A stretch of 64,000 bases of DNA. It comes from Octopus sinensis (lineage: Eukaryota). The position numbers were made by a program, and so were the translations under genes. Below the pieces are notes generated by a model. That model did no database searches. It was given only the letters and a program-made list of their open reading frames with translations, and was not told the DNA's origin. Positions 38,276 to 52,626 of the stretch are shown one piece after another (positions within the stretch are counted from its first letter, which is position 1; each line of letters begins with the position of its first letter). The stretch covers positions 111,166,001 through 111,230,000 of the forward strand of contig NC_042998.1 in the NCBI RefSeq assembly GCF_006345805.1, read 5' to 3'.

Positions 38276-38919
38276 TTGAAAGAAAACTTTCACAGTACAT
38301 TTTGTATACTAAATATAACTCAAATATCGGAAACATAGTGCTCATCCTTGTAAACATTCAAATGTGTATGTGTGGCATTGAGATGTTCTGAGCTTTGCGC
38401 GTTCCTTTAGTTTGTAAGTGTTATACTAATGTTCCCTAATCCCAAAACCTGAAATTGAAAGAGGTGTGATCGAAGTTACGCTGTATAAACATGGACATGT
38501 TCCCAAACACACACACACAAACACACACGTACGCACACACACACACACGCACTCACACACACACACACACACACAACACACACAGAGTTCATCAAGGGAT
38601 TCTCTCCAAAATTAAATGTTTCAATGTTAAGTGGAGGATTTGCATTTTTATTCCAAATGTGGCTCATATCTACAAATTTTCAGATATATATATATAACTT
38701 ACAGGTTTGACAAGAAGAGACCGATAGAATAAGTACCAAGCTTATCAAAATAATTAAAAAAGCACGGGTTGATTCATTCGACAAAAAATTCTATCAATCT
38801 ATCTTTCTGTGTATATATAACACATACACACACACACATACACACACATACACACACATACACACATATACATATATACATGTATGTATGTGTGCCCATA
38901 TATATCTATTATATAAAAA

Positions 38920-39124
38920 TCAATACCTTTATGTGTGTTCGTGTATTACTTATAAACTAGAAAACTACTGCACCAATCCTAATGAAATTTGGAGCACAAA
39001 ATACAAGCCTAGGGAGACGGGTAATGCCGTGTGTTTCATAGAATTTCATGGACCAAAATTACTGAATGGATCCTTATAATATTTGTAACTTAGATTCAAT
39101 GCATAACGGTGGGTATAGTGCAGT
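38920..39124 (+). mobile_element. Possible non-autonomous Helitron/Helentron-like element
   Basis: GT-rich start, a ccaatcctaatgaaatttgg core and a terminal cataacggtgggtatagtgcagt resembling hairpin+CTAGT ends. Recognition is from memory only. Confidence 0.35.
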
Positions 39125-42100
39125 ATGTTTGCTTTGAATTTGAGGTGGCTTTAAGAGGGTACAACCCGGCCCCCATGAAAATTCATAAACCTCCGAGTTG
39201 ATGAAATATCAATCATATGTAATTGACACACATGAAGAAGTAGTCCCAAAGTTTCCGCTGCTCATGAAGTTTCGAAGACCTCCTAATGGAGGCCTTAAAT
39301 CCCAAATTTATTCATTTCTTATGATCCAAAACTAGGCCAAAAGTACTGAATGGGGCATAAATAAGGCCGTAACCCCCATTAAAATTCATATATTTTTGCT
39401 GTTGATGAAATTTAAACCATAGATGAGGCTTAACTCCAGCAGTTTAGTCATTTCTCCCAAGCCAAGACAAATACAGTTTGTAGAGTCACCCGAGCATACA
39501 AGATGAGCTTTTTTGTAATTCAATGGTACAAACCGTGTAATAGTTTGCTTTGAGATATACGTACATTGTAATTTCAGCAGTGGGGTGCATAAATTGTCAA
39601 GTAAAGGAGAAGCATCTTTGCCTCCACTGATTCAGTTGCAAAGTGTTATTTTGAGTAAAGTTATTTGGTTGCAGACTTCCTCTGAGTCTTTTTATTATCG
39701 CTGGGTCGCAGATAGTCCCTAGATGGTAACATTGATTTCAAGGCCTTTCCAGATATACAAGTTAAATATTCCAAATATACAGTCCTATCAAGATATTTAA
39801 CTTGTATAATGATGTTTGTTACATCGAGCCCAGAAGGCTGAGAGACAAAATTGATGACGTCCGTATTTGAACTTGCAATTCAAAGGCCCTCATTATTACG
39901 GCTAGGAATTTCTTCTAACTTCTACTGATATTTCTATCCAATTGCCTCGAAAATAATGATAATTGTTCAAACACCAACATACTTCTACATAGATATGAAA
40001 AGACGTGATTAAATGCAGGACAATGTTTAGAAATTCACCTTTTAGTTCCTGTTAATTCATCTCCTTAATCTTCTTATGTCATGAAATATATTAGTTTCCG
40101 ACATTGGTGCAAACTTAATAAAATTTCGATGAAGCCGCAATTGGTTGAAATCAATCCGTATGTTAGTCTGATAGTAATTTTATCCACGCCAGAGTGACAC
40201 AAAGCAAAACTCGATCAATTGCGGGATTTAACTCCAGGCTGTAAATGTCGATGGTTAAAAACTACAAGACATTTTCGCTGCATTCTACTAGTTCATTGTT
40301 TATGTAGAATTTCAAAATTCATTAAATATTCAAGCAAATTAAGGTTCAATCACATTGTGCTAAGAAACCCTTTCACTTTTCATCGTGATCTAAAATAGGG
40401 AAGATAAGTTCAATATTATCATAGAGAATTTTATTAACACTGGAAAAGATTTATTATTTCACTTCGGTAAATTAGAAAGTGGAAAACTTAAAATTCGATA
40501 GCAATATGTCAAGTAAAAAAGATACCTAAAATTACTCAGAACTCCGCGAAAGCCGTTGCTATTTAGCCCTATATCGGACTGGATTGAGGGAAGCTACACA
40601 CGGACTCCTGTGTCGGATCAGCGGGCTATTAAAAATAATAGTTAACGTCTTAAATGTCATCTTTAAATTAACTTTGCTAGCATACAAGCATTATTGTAAA
40701 TAATTACTTCTGGTATTCATAAACAAAGGCAGCATCAAAGCGTTGACTTGCTAGTGAATTTTGAATAGGTTCTAACTTTCCACAAAACTCAAAAACACAA
40801 CTATTGAGGCCTGGTTGTTGTTTGATTGAGTAAATTTATAATCAGAAGAGTTCTCGTCATAACGTTCCCATTTTTTTTTTATTTATCTTAATGCAGTTTA
40901 TAAGAATATATGATCTAATGAAACTGTCATGAAGTTCTCTAGCTGATTCAGTCACAACAAGGTAATATTCACTGCTGTAATTAGCTGCAAGAACAGTGAA
41001 TAACTGAGGGACATTTGCACGGATAGAAATAATAGATCTAAATTCTTATTTATGGATATAAAATGTTGGAATGAAAACATTCCATTCTTCATTGACCGGT
41101 GGATGTGACTCAAACAAGTCACGCGATTTACAGTATTTATCACTTGTGGGATAACTAAATAATGATTGACTGAATGAACGGAAGTTATAAATGTTGATAC
41201 ATGTGCAACAATACCACTTATCAAACGACAGTGTTAAGATAGACTGGCACAATACGTAAAGCTGAGATACCATTCTGAAGATTTATACAGATGGAGAAGG
41301 CAAATTTATATCACCATAGGTATAAAATAAAAAAAAGAGAATTGATTTACTGTGTAAATATTTCCAAATACACCTAAACTAAATACAGCTCTGTCATCGA
41401 TGTACGGTCATCAATAGAATGGAAATAAAATAAACTGGCTGGATCTGTGACATGTATAGCCAAAAAGGGAAGCATTTCGAAACATGAGATGCAATTTGTT
41501 CCATACAAACGTGACATGTAATGCATCTACCAAGTTAAATTACATAACAAGAAGGACGAACTGATTCTCCGAAGACCATCTACAAAATAAATAATAGTTT
41601 TTCGCAAGGTCTCATACATACATATATATATATATATATCTTTATCGACGACATTGGGCATAAGAAGAAACGTTTCCATGAGCTTTGTATAAAGGAAGGG
41701 ACAGGACCCATAGTCTTCGCATCGTCAACAAGTGTAGTGAAATTGATACAGTTAATGTTTATTTTGAAGAACTTGAAGACAAATTGTACAGGGAAGAAAC
41801 ACAGGACATAAGGGCACAGGAAGGTCTGGCATTCTGGAAAGAAAGGGTATGAGCTGAAAATATTTTGGTATGTTGATGAATCAATCTTTGAAGATGTATT
41901 GTTAACAAGAATATAACTGGATAGTAGACTTTAGTCCTACGCACACTTTCTAGGTTATTATCTTCATGACAATTATGAATTCCGCCTCACGCCTCAATCA
42001 AATGACCAAAACATAACAATCCGTAGATACACACGTGATTACTACATTGTTATTAGAGCAACCATTGTAAAACTCATTCAATTTGAAGTCACTTTTATGG

Positions 42101-42250
42101 AACCTTAAATTTATAACTGTCAGACTATGACAAGCACAACACACTCATGCTTGTACACGAAAATATATTCTTATGTACATGCAAAATATACATATCTGTG
42201 TAAAGTGTGTAATGAGTTTGTATTATATTTGCATATATATCATACTTCCT

Positions 42251-42312
42251 TAACGTCCGTATTGTAACATGTGATTGAATGTAACGTCCGTATTGTAACA
42301 TGTGATTGAATG
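42251..42312. repeat. Perfect 31-bp tandem duplication
   Basis: taacgtccgtattgtaacatgtgattgaatg twice. Confidence 0.95.
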
Positions 42313-42698
42313 TACAGCGTTGTTTTGTTGTATATATTTTTACTGTTACGTTTAGTTAACTGTATAACATCTAATTAAAGGCAAGGAATAATATCGTATA
42401 CCTACAAAGCGTAAAAAGACCTGTCTCTTCCTACACATCAGATAACCAGGATGGCATGCATCAGCTTACTTAAAGGATGGTCTATATATATATGAAAATC
42501 GTCAAAGCGAAAACAGATACGTTGTATAACCAACGAGTATCACAAGTACATTAATGAGAGCTGAAATATTGAGTGATACTTTATCATTTAAGATTAGTGA
42601 ATTTCCAGAGAATTATCAGTGAAGAGAAATTATTTCTTGTGATGTACAGGCATTCCAGTGGATTAACACACACACACACACACACTCATATATATGTA

Positions 42699-43141
42699 TC
42701 AGGTCATCACATAAGTTCTGTCCGAATTTTGAATAAAGAAAACAAGTGATCAAGTGTTATATTTAATTGAAATTTAATCATCAATGTACTTTCCCTGATA
42801 ATCTATGACTTCCTACCATCTATTTACAAGCTTTTTAATCCCACTCTTGGTTTCAAAGCGAAGAACTCTCAGATGTCAGTTTCGACCCCCTCCTGTCTTG
42901 CGAAAGTTATGTCCCTCAAATGATTCTGTAAACTACGAAACAAATGGTAGTCTGTAGGAGTAAAGTCGGGAGAATAAGATGGATGAGGAATTTGTTCCCA
43001 ACCAAGCTCTTCGATCTTCTGTGATGTGATGTTTGCAGTGTGGGGTCGCGCACACTGAAGGATGCCATCCTGAATAATTTGATATTACTGATCACTTTTT
43101 TCTTTATTCAAAATTCGGACAGAACTTATGGGATGACCTGA
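42699..43141 (-). mobile_element. Internally deleted mariner (443 bp) with ~54-bp TIRs and TA target-site duplication
   Basis: TIRs 42699-42752 and 43089-43141 differ by one mismatch and one indel. TA at 42697-42698 and 43142-43143. The internal minus strand reads ELGWEQIPHPSYSPDFTPTDYHLFRSLQNHL. Confidence 0.93.
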
Positions 43142-43152
43142 TACATATGTAT

Positions 43153-43191
<39 letters not shown>

Positions 43192-44484
43192 TGTGTGTGT
43201 GTGTGTGTGTCTGTGTGTGTGTCTGTGTCTGTGTCTGTGTGTGTGTGTGTGTGTGTAAATCAACTGGAATGCATGTACATCACAAGAAATAATTTAATAT
43301 TACTGAAGAGGAGAGTTATTTATAAGACCGGTTTCACCCGGTCTGTTTGGGTGATGTGGATGTGATCGTTTTCGGTTAGGCATAATCTATAACACCGTTT
43401 CTCAACCTTATCATTTCGGGTCTCCTGTTTCGATTGGAGCCTCCAGCAGTATGAAAATTCCCTGATCCCCACCCCATCAGAAAACAGCTCCTAAGCAACT
43501 GGTTGTTTTAATGGCGGAAGAAAGAGGGAACTTCCATTAGAAAAAGTTTTAATCGATTTTCTTGGTAAGTATGGGTCCTAGGAAAAAGTGCAAACAGCAT
43601 TCCAATGTATACATCCGTCTCCACATGTGTGCCATTTTTCAGGTGAATCCACCCAGCCATTTGGCTGTGACCCTCAAGACAAGAAAGAATACAACGATCG
43701 CCCATGTCCAATTTATATTATAGATTATCAATACAGGATTCCATTATTCTATTTTATCTAAGTATATGAACAATATTTGGAATGCCAGACAATATAACGG
43801 ATTTTACATATGAATATTATGGAGTATTACACAAGACTAACAAACCAAGTATATATGGATTTAAAGACTCTCATCAAAAACAGTAATTTTTAATTTTTAG
43901 TTTATATTTCAAACAAACACCATTTTATAGTATTACTTCAAATTTTTCAAAAGACTACCATTCGATATTATACAAAATTCAAATTTTATATCTGTGAAGA
44001 GTAGATGAGTTGTCTATAAATGCTAATCAATATAGGATTTCATTATAGGGGCAGCACGTCTGTGAAACGATCGTAAAATGCTTTAAATACTTAGTTCAAA
44101 ACTTTTAAACAGTCATATACATTATATATATATACTTATATATATTTACATATATTTTTATACATATTTATATTTTTAATACAACAATTATTTTACACAC
44201 GTATATATCTTTCTGAAGAATTTTCTAATATTGATTTCCTGATATTAATAATAATAACATTTTATAAAACATATATATAATCGCTCGCATTAAATATATA
44301 AATACTTTAATAGTATTAATACTTTGATACAATAGAGCACTCAACATAAATTCAGTATATTTAATTAACACACACTTTAATATATTTAACTAATATATTT
44401 AATATATTTAACTAAACATTTATGTGTACATATTATATATATATATATATATATAATATATATATATATATATGAAATAATATG

Positions 44485-44750
44485 TTACAATTACTCAATA
44501 GTCAAGATAAAACTCTGAGTTTCAGATGCCGAAGTGGAAATCCACAACACCATCTCTTCGGTTATCTGGCCATCTGAAAAACGCTACGAAAAAATACCGT
44601 TATATAAAGGGAAATTACTGCGACATGGAGAGATGGCTTATCTGGAAAAGCAGCTTAGACCCTACTACATGTCTAAACTCAAGGACAGAACTTTTCGGAT
44701 CATGCCCATATGTGACAAGATTTTTGTTACGTTTTTGGTCCCCTAAAGAA
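44485..44750 (+). mobile_element. Penelope-like C-terminal remnant; the first 136 bp are duplicated in inverted orientation at 45462-45597
   Basis: YIKGNYC...CLNSRTELFGSCPYVTRFLL resembles the PLE terminal LNSRSEL..C.H..KFLL motif. The inverted copy is seen directly. Confidence 0.65.
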
Positions 44751-45677
44751 AACAGATAGAACTTGCTTTCTATATTATGTCCCAAAACGTTTTTTATCTC
44801 ATTATACCTTTTATTATTTCATATATTTTTATATTTTCACACATAATAATTTTTTCTCTACTCTTTTATCCTGTGCCTATATAGACGTGTATATAGTTTC
44901 ATTTGTACACGTGTGGTAATATGTATGAGTGGGCAGTTTTAGATGTGTGTGTGTGTGCGGGCATAAGAATGTATATATATATATAGACGTTTTTACTTAG
45001 TATTTTTCCATTTTTTAGAGGGTTTTTTGAGGGGGGGGGCATATGTATATTCATTGTTTGTATATGCGTGTGTATGTATGCGTATATAAACATGTGCGGG
45101 TATGTACATATATGGGCGTGTGTATGTATGAGTGCATAAGGGCATGTCCGTATATGAACGTGGTTTTTATGCTTTGCATACTTCCTTATGTTTTTTCTGT
45201 TACCTTTAACTATGGATTTTCTTGTGCTTGTGCATATATAGACGTATGTATGAACTTTTACGGTACGCGTGTGTGTGTATGAGTTTGTATATATATGCCT
45301 ATATATTTGGCGAAAATGCGAGTGAGGATGTGTACGTTTTCATAGTGACGTATAAGTACGCACGTGGTCCACGAGCGCACATGTGAGTGTATGACTAGCC
45401 ATGTTTACGTGATTACTATGAACTTTTAATCTTCTTTTATATAAGTAGCAGAATTATAACACAGTAATTTCCCTTTATATAACGGTATTTTTTCATAGCG
45501 TTTTTCAGATGGCCTGATAACCGAAGAGATGTTGTTGTGGATTTCCACTTCGGCATCTGAAACTCAGAGTTTTATCTTGACTATTGAGTAATTGTAAGAT
45601 ATCATTTTATAGATAAATTCCCTCTATTTACATAATATTGAGGTCTCTTTCTTTCTTTTGTTATCTTACCGTTTTTA

Positions 45678-45727
<50 letters not shown>

Positions 45728-46655
45728 ATATTAGATATACATATATTAAATATTTTATTTTAAATATATATGTATATGTCTGTATATACAGATAGATAGA
45801 TATATACATACATACATACATACATACATACATACAAACATGCATTCCGTTTTAAGTTTACATACACGCACACACATTTAATACTCTTACGCACATATAT
45901 ACACGCACGTACAATGAATATTGCCGATTGTCTACGAATGTGAAGCTAATGTGTATATCTTTGGCATATTAACATTGAATAGATTATGCCATATTCGCAC
46001 AAATACTGGTAATTACTAGAGTTGCAAAAATCCTGTCAAAAAATGTACATGAGATTAGCTTCGCGTAAATGTACATAGTTAAAACATAGGCAAGTGCATA
46101 CTGTCGTATTGAAGGAAAGTGGTGATGGACGTTGATGAATGAAAACAAATGTTTCAACGTCTAACATATTAATACAAGTCGTCAGAGTGTTACCCGCACA
46201 TTTACAATAATTTTATGAACACTAATTTCGATCGCTTCAATCTCTGATCATCTGCCGGTGAATTATTTCTTGTTACCTGCATATTTTCTGACAGAGATCG
46301 AATTAAGAATCGTTATTTCAAAATAGGTGAAGTATTATGCGTGATACTAATGTATATCAACCAGAAACTTAGCTGATTAAAGGTTGCTTTTTGTTTAGAA
46401 AGACACATTCCTAGCCTAAATCTAATCATCTACACATTCAGAAATAATACACTTGGCAGTGTGAAACCGTGAACCCCTTTAGATAGTTCGGTCTGCAATC
46501 ACATGACTAAGGTATCGATAACATTGTGCAGCATCGTGTGCAAGCTTCTTTTGCTCAGGCCTCCCGTTAGCCTATGGCGGAGAGTGGAATTTCGGAGACT
46601 TACACTGGACAGAAAGGGTTACATACTCATACACAAGTTCAAATACACCATTTTT

Positions 46656-46741
46656 CTATCTATCTATCTATCTATTTATCTATCGAATTAAAAGCAGGTT
46701 TGTGATTGTAAACATTATCGACCGCGCGTGCATGTGAGTGT

Positions 46742-46772
<31 letters not shown>

Positions 46773-46842
46773 GGCGCACTATGTGTGTGCGCGCAATCAA
46801 TGATGTTTACAGCCACAAATCTGCTTTTAATTCGATAGATAA

Positions 46843-46860
<18 letters not shown>
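46656..46860. repeat. ~62-bp inverted repeat (46656-46718 and 46800-46860) including TATC/GATA arms, around (TA)n
   Basis: ctatttatctatcgaattaaaagcaggtttgtgattgtaaacattat against atgatgtttacagccacaaatctgcttttaattcgatagataaatag. Confidence 0.88.
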
Positions 46861-46918
<58 letters not shown>

Positions 46919-46961
46919 GATATATATATATGTATATACATATATATATGTGGATACAGGA

Positions 46962-47599
46962 CGTCACCAACAGTAAACAACATGTAAATCGAAAACAAAT
47001 GAGTATATGACACATATTAACGATAGAAAAAAGGACAAGTAAAACAAAGAATGACCCTTCATCAGTTATCGGTTGTCTATGTATTTCCCATTTCGAGAAA
47101 TCAACGACAATATGAGTCTTCGAAGACAGTTGCTCCCATAAATACCAGAATAAAATTGTGAATTCATGGAGGGTGAAGTTATTAACAGAAACAGGACAGT
47201 GGGGACATACAGGGAAACCGAACAAAAACAAACATGGAGGGTCGTTAGACCTGAACGAGGGGGAAAATAGTGAACGCTGAGAGAAATATTTTCTGTGAAA
47301 AGAGAAAAGATAGAAGAGATAGATAGAAGACGTCCAGTATTTAGAACGACCGTGCAGGAAGGAAAGATGGCCATGTGAGGAAGGGAAAGATGGATGATAG
47401 TCACGTGTGAGCAACGAGGGAGCGAAAAAGGAAATTAGATAGAATAACAACAGAAAAAAGACAAGTAATACAAAGAACGATCCTTCATCAGCTGTCGACT
47501 GTCTATGTACTCCCCATTTCGAGGAATCAACGACAATATGAGTCTTCGAAGACAGTTTTTCCCATAAATACCAAAATAAAATGTTAGATTTATGGAGGG
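46962..47599. repeat. Interspersed repeat with ~147-bp terminal direct repeats (47025-47173 and 47452-47599)
   Basis: gacaagtaa.acaaagaa.ga.ccttcatcag...caacgacaatatgagtcttcgaagacagtt...ggaggg occurs twice with a period of ~427 bp. Confidence 0.82.
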
Positions 47600-48163
47600 C
47601 CACAGTTAAGAACACAAACCTACTACGTTTGCCTCCATATATTCGGGTATGCACGTGCACGCACACCTACGTGCACCAGCACAAACAGGCAAAATATCTA
47701 TGCTTATCATCTATGCTTATCACCCTCATTCTTGATTATCTTACGCTTGTCATCCACATTCTTGCTCTTTTTCCTACTTATACCACAAAATCGCAGACCA
47801 ATGCTTTTTCTCCCACCCACCAGCTACGCTGTTGCTACTATGCTAGCATGCAATTGACATGCCTGCACACATAAACAGTAAAAGCAAAATAGGAATGTGT
47901 GTGTGTGTGTGTGTATGCGTGTGGTACCGCGCACGCACAAACACGCACACACCAAATGAAAAGACAAGTACATACACATGTTCATCCAGTCGAATACGCC
48001 TACATTCATATGTTAGCATATGAATATAGGAATGTGCATACTCACGTTCAACAATCATTCATGCTCACACATACATAAACGCATAACTGCATCCTAAACC
48101 CCTATACATACAGCTGACACAAGCGCACACATATTCATACAAACACTCACTCACACACTCACG

Positions 48164-48223
<60 letters not shown>

Positions 48224-48974
48224 TGCTCTCGTGCAACAAAAAGTTGCTGATGCGCACTTGTACCTGTACGTACACACACCGTAGAAATCATGCACATACG
48301 CATCAGCAAGCTGATGCCATCAACTGACGCCCACTTGTCAGGTTTAACTACATACTCACAGCCAAACACACGCATACCTGATACACACGCATAGACATGA
48401 AACACCCACACCCTGGCTATCCAGGCTTTTGCTGCTGGTTTACACACCGTCTTCAAAGACCGGTGTCACACAAAGGCACCACCGGCTTCCTGTCCAGCCA
48501 CGCGGTCCAAGTAATTTTCCTTTCAAATACATCTTGTGTCGTTGGGGTGTCCATCTCACTTTTCATAACACCAGGTGATTCACCTTTACCAACGGCTGGC
48601 CAGTTTTGGCAGCCGTCTTGGATTTTCTGCATCTATCCATTCCATTAATTGTGCCTGAATTAGCTAGGTTTCAGTAAGAAGCCTACGAAACCTTGAGTGG
48701 CATGGAGCCGATCCAAACTGGTTTATATAATAATATATTTCCCATTAAATGTGTTGAGTGCCTCTTTTTTCTTTGTCCACTCAGTCGTATAAACTTATAT
48801 ATGTATATATATAAATCAATGTCATAATTTTTTATTCTTCGATACGTAAACCATTGCTGGAAAAGGGGATAAGGCAGTTAAGTTCAACCGAAAACAGAGA
48901 CTTAATCATGCATGCAAGCACGAGAATCGCTCTTCTTTAGTAAGGATTCAACATGGAAAAGAAAAAGACTGATG

Positions 48975-49920
48975 CAGATGATGTGTTAAATATATCGCTG
49001 TAATAATATAGTAGAGCTGATATTTGTGAACTAACAGGTCTCTTGCTATTATATATCGTAAGATTTAAGTTCCACTCGTACAACATTGTTCTATACACTC
49101 ACGATGGATTAGGCATGGTTCATGACTTAAATCTAAAGCAAAATTTCCTCTCTGCCTTATTCAGTAAATTAGGCTTCAAAATCACGGTTACGACAGAGCT
49201 CTCTAAAGTTGATTTCCTAGACACTTCCCTAAACCGAACCTTGTGCCCTTACAAATCCTACCACGGATCTAATTATAAACTTACGTACAAACAAACATAA
49301 GCATGCTTGTCCTCAGCCCATCATCTTTAAAAAACTTATAGGTAGTATTAATAACAGAATATCTAATCTCTCTCCCTCTAAGTAGCTATTCCTTAAGGTG
49401 ACCCACCAAAATATCAGCACCCTGGCTAACACTGGCTTCATAAGAGAACACAGCTTATACACTTGCCATACAAGGTAGGAAATCTAAACACAGACCTAGA
49501 AAGACTATATGGTTCGCCCCACCCAGCCCTCCTTTCGTTTGAATGGTAAGATAAAAGTAGCTAGAGAATTCCTAACCTTGACGGATAAATATTTCCGGAT
49601 AGCCATAAATGTATGACAAATTTTAACAGACGTTTTCTGAATGTTTGTTATAGATACTGCTCTAATATTATGATACGTAAATCACACCAGTCCCTAAGTT
49701 CATAATGTAACTTTATATACCCAGGTAGTTGCCCACTCGACCAAACAAGTATGGTTAGTTCAGTGATATACAAAGGCGTGGTCTCCTTAGTTTTGCCAAA
49801 TAACGAAACAATATAAAAAAGCATTCTTGTCTATGCAAAAAAGATTTTAAAAGCACAAAAATCAACCTACAGTCTTCTTTGCGGCAAGAAGGCACGAAGA
49901 AAATATCTTAGCTAACGAAC
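48975..49920 (+). mobile_element. Heavily decayed Penelope-like RT remnant
   Basis: ADICELTGLLLLY, LYTHDGLG (GLYRDDGL-like), KVDFLDTSL, INNRISNLS and SCPL...VSSVIYKGVV. Confidence 0.7.
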
Positions 49921-51099
49921 CACATCTATAGCCGGAAATCTAAAATTGCTAAACACACGTCATATGTTAATGGATCAATGAGATGCCGGTTTTGTATAGA
50001 CGAAAAAAATGTGTGTGTGTGTGTGTGTATGTGTGTGTATGTGTGTGTGTGTGTGTGAGTGTGTGTGTGTGTGTTGTGTGTGTGTGTGTGAGTGTGTGTG
50101 TGTGTGGTGTGTGTGTGTGTGTGTGTGTGTTTTGGTGTGTAGGCGTGTGTGTTTAGTCATAAGCAATCTTAGTGAAATAGCTTGTTCGCTCAGACGAGCT
50201 AAATTTTTCTACCTCGATTCATAAGCGTCTATTTTATTGTTCTTGTCATGTACTTCAGCATCCCAAATTATTTTACTTCTCGTTGTGGAACTTTGTGTAT
50301 GTATTTTTCACTCCCATCCTATGGCTGTTAATATTCTTTGTTTACATATTATTTGGCAGTGGTTTTTGTTTGTTTGTCTATACTTAATCAATAATACACC
50401 AACTACACATCTACAGTCCCATCTTCCCATCAATTTATTTGACATCAAGGCTGTCACTGTCTTGCTGCTGAGTCGCTGTGTACCCTCGGTGATTAAATAT
50501 TTTACTTGAATCAATTAAATTTGTAGCACCTATGTCTAAGTGCCACAATCTGCTATATGGATCTTGGCAGGAATTTCAATCACCTGAATTAGTATTTCCC
50601 CCCCGTAGAATACTCCAAATCTTTTTGTTTTCTTTCACAATTATTCTCTCTAGGTGATATATGAAGAGCCAACTTTTCTCGCTTGGTTCTTGTTGGATTT
50701 TGAACTGAAAGCAATTTTCCTGTATATAATCTCAGTTAATCGAGATATTTCAAATCCTATAGTACTTGTGATGACCTACATTATTTGTATTTAGCATGAA
50801 AAGTGTACGGTTTTTCTCTTATTAACAAAATCCGTTAAGGTATATATATATGGTATTCAAACCACATTTGAGGATCTTTTATGTCTTCTCTTTTCAGGAA
50901 TAGCTTGATGTATTGGACAACGGTCAACGGCATTCGAGAGTAGGAAGATCAAGTTATAGTTGAGAAAAAGTTAGGTAACATAGAGAAATAGCAGTCATTG
51001 GAATATTGGAAAAGGAGTTATCTGTCACGGGGATTCGTTCAGGATATCAAAATGCCGACATTATGACTGCTGCTCAATGCTCTATGGATACGGGTAACA

Positions 51100-51620
51100 C
51101 GAACAGCTACAACGGAGATGGCTAAGCCGTAACTAGCAAGCACATGATGCACTTTGGGTGTGTCTCCAGTGAGGGTGACGTCATGCAACCCACATCTCTG
51201 AAAAGGGCCTTAGGCTCAATTTAGGCGGCTGAGGGTTGTGGTCAAATCCTGCAGGAGAGGATTGCTACTGGATGGCCATAAGTGGCAGCAGGAATCGACT
51301 GCTTGCAATGCCCCGGAAATAGTCAGATGCAGTTCTCGGAGAAGATCTAGGCGTACAGCAGCCTCAATATCTGTCCTCCGAATTCTCTCAATTGTGATTC
51401 CATGAGCTACTACGTGTGGGATGCGGTTGAGAAAGACACCAACTAATCTGCCAGCAACACCAACGTCGATCTGTTGGCCTTGATGAAGAAGGTGCAGGAA
51501 AATCTTCCCAGGGACACAGTGTGGAACGCATGTGTTAAGTACTGGGGCTATCTTGAAACTGCAGTAGATCTGAGGGCGTCTATTGTGAGAAACTGTTATC
51601 TCCCAGCCATATTCTAGTTA
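51100..51620 (+). mobile_element. maT-like Tc1/mariner transposase remnant
   Basis: FGCVSSEGDVMQP, YYVWDAVEKDTN and LPRDTVWNAC. Homologous to 12560-13085. Confidence 0.72.
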
Positions 51621-51657
51621 ATATTTTTATGATATTTTAACAGACTTAGACCGAAAA

Positions 51658-51726
<69 letters not shown>

Positions 51727-52593
51727 TAACAATTTAGGATAACTTCTTAATAAGGAATCTTAACAAGAAATTATCAGGTAGTTAGCGTGAAAACCTCATA
51801 AGAGAAAAAATTCGAAAATAATTTTTTTCTTTTGAAAATATTAATTTATAGTGTATAGAGGGCATTATTACACATAAATGCCTCACGCTAAGAGGGACAT
51901 AAGTCATTACTACCAAAATTTAACTAATCGTACCCAAATGCAGTTTTCGAAGCAAGACATTTAAAAAATGAATTTAGTTCTATATCACCTGTGATTTCAC
52001 ACTTAACGCATCAAGTACGTCTATGTTCATCAGTAGAACTGATTCTGAACACATCATAAATAAACATACCTAGCGAAGTCAAACAGACAACTGCTCCCCT
52101 CGGCGAAGCACATGGAAATGTTTATTCATCATATATTCGGTAAATGGCCATTTACGGGTGGGAGCTGAAGAGTTCTTGGCTTTAAGAGTACCGCGACAGG
52201 CCTGGCTGGGGCCCCAACCTTCCGAAGTCTTTTGCAGGTCTTAGAAAAACTGAAGGACCGGTGTAATAAGAATGTGAATCTGAGAGGGGAGTATGTTGAA
52301 TAAAATCATTATTAATTTTTTCCCCTGTATTTTCTTTTACCCAAAGCCAGGAAGATTTTAGCATCCCTTCGTGTCTTGCCGTTATAGATAATGACGAGGA
52401 TGATGGTTGGGCCAGTTGAAAAACTATATTCTATGATGCCACTGTCTACTAATTGTGACATAAAATAAACATGTTCAACAAATAAGTTTCGTGCTCTCTA
52501 AAAATATTTCAATCACATTTGAGACCAACATTTCTCAGCTTACTTGTATTTGCTGTGATTAGCTGATGACCTTGCTGTAGATAGATAGATAGG

Positions 52594-52626
<33 letters not shown>

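Noticed and set aside
40952-41944. Short minus-strand ORFs and a faint plus-strand NVYFEELEDKLY / FWYVD similarity to Penelope RT
   Set aside because: Too degenerate to call either a gene or an element.
47025-47110. Minus-strand CTGATGAAG with a nearby GAAA as a permuted hammerhead
   Set aside because: I could not build stems I and III around a NUH site.
46827-47666. 279-aa minus-strand ORF, the longest outside the LINEs
   Set aside because: It runs through a non-coding direct-repeat element and a GATA array, is F/L/S-biased and has no domain motif.
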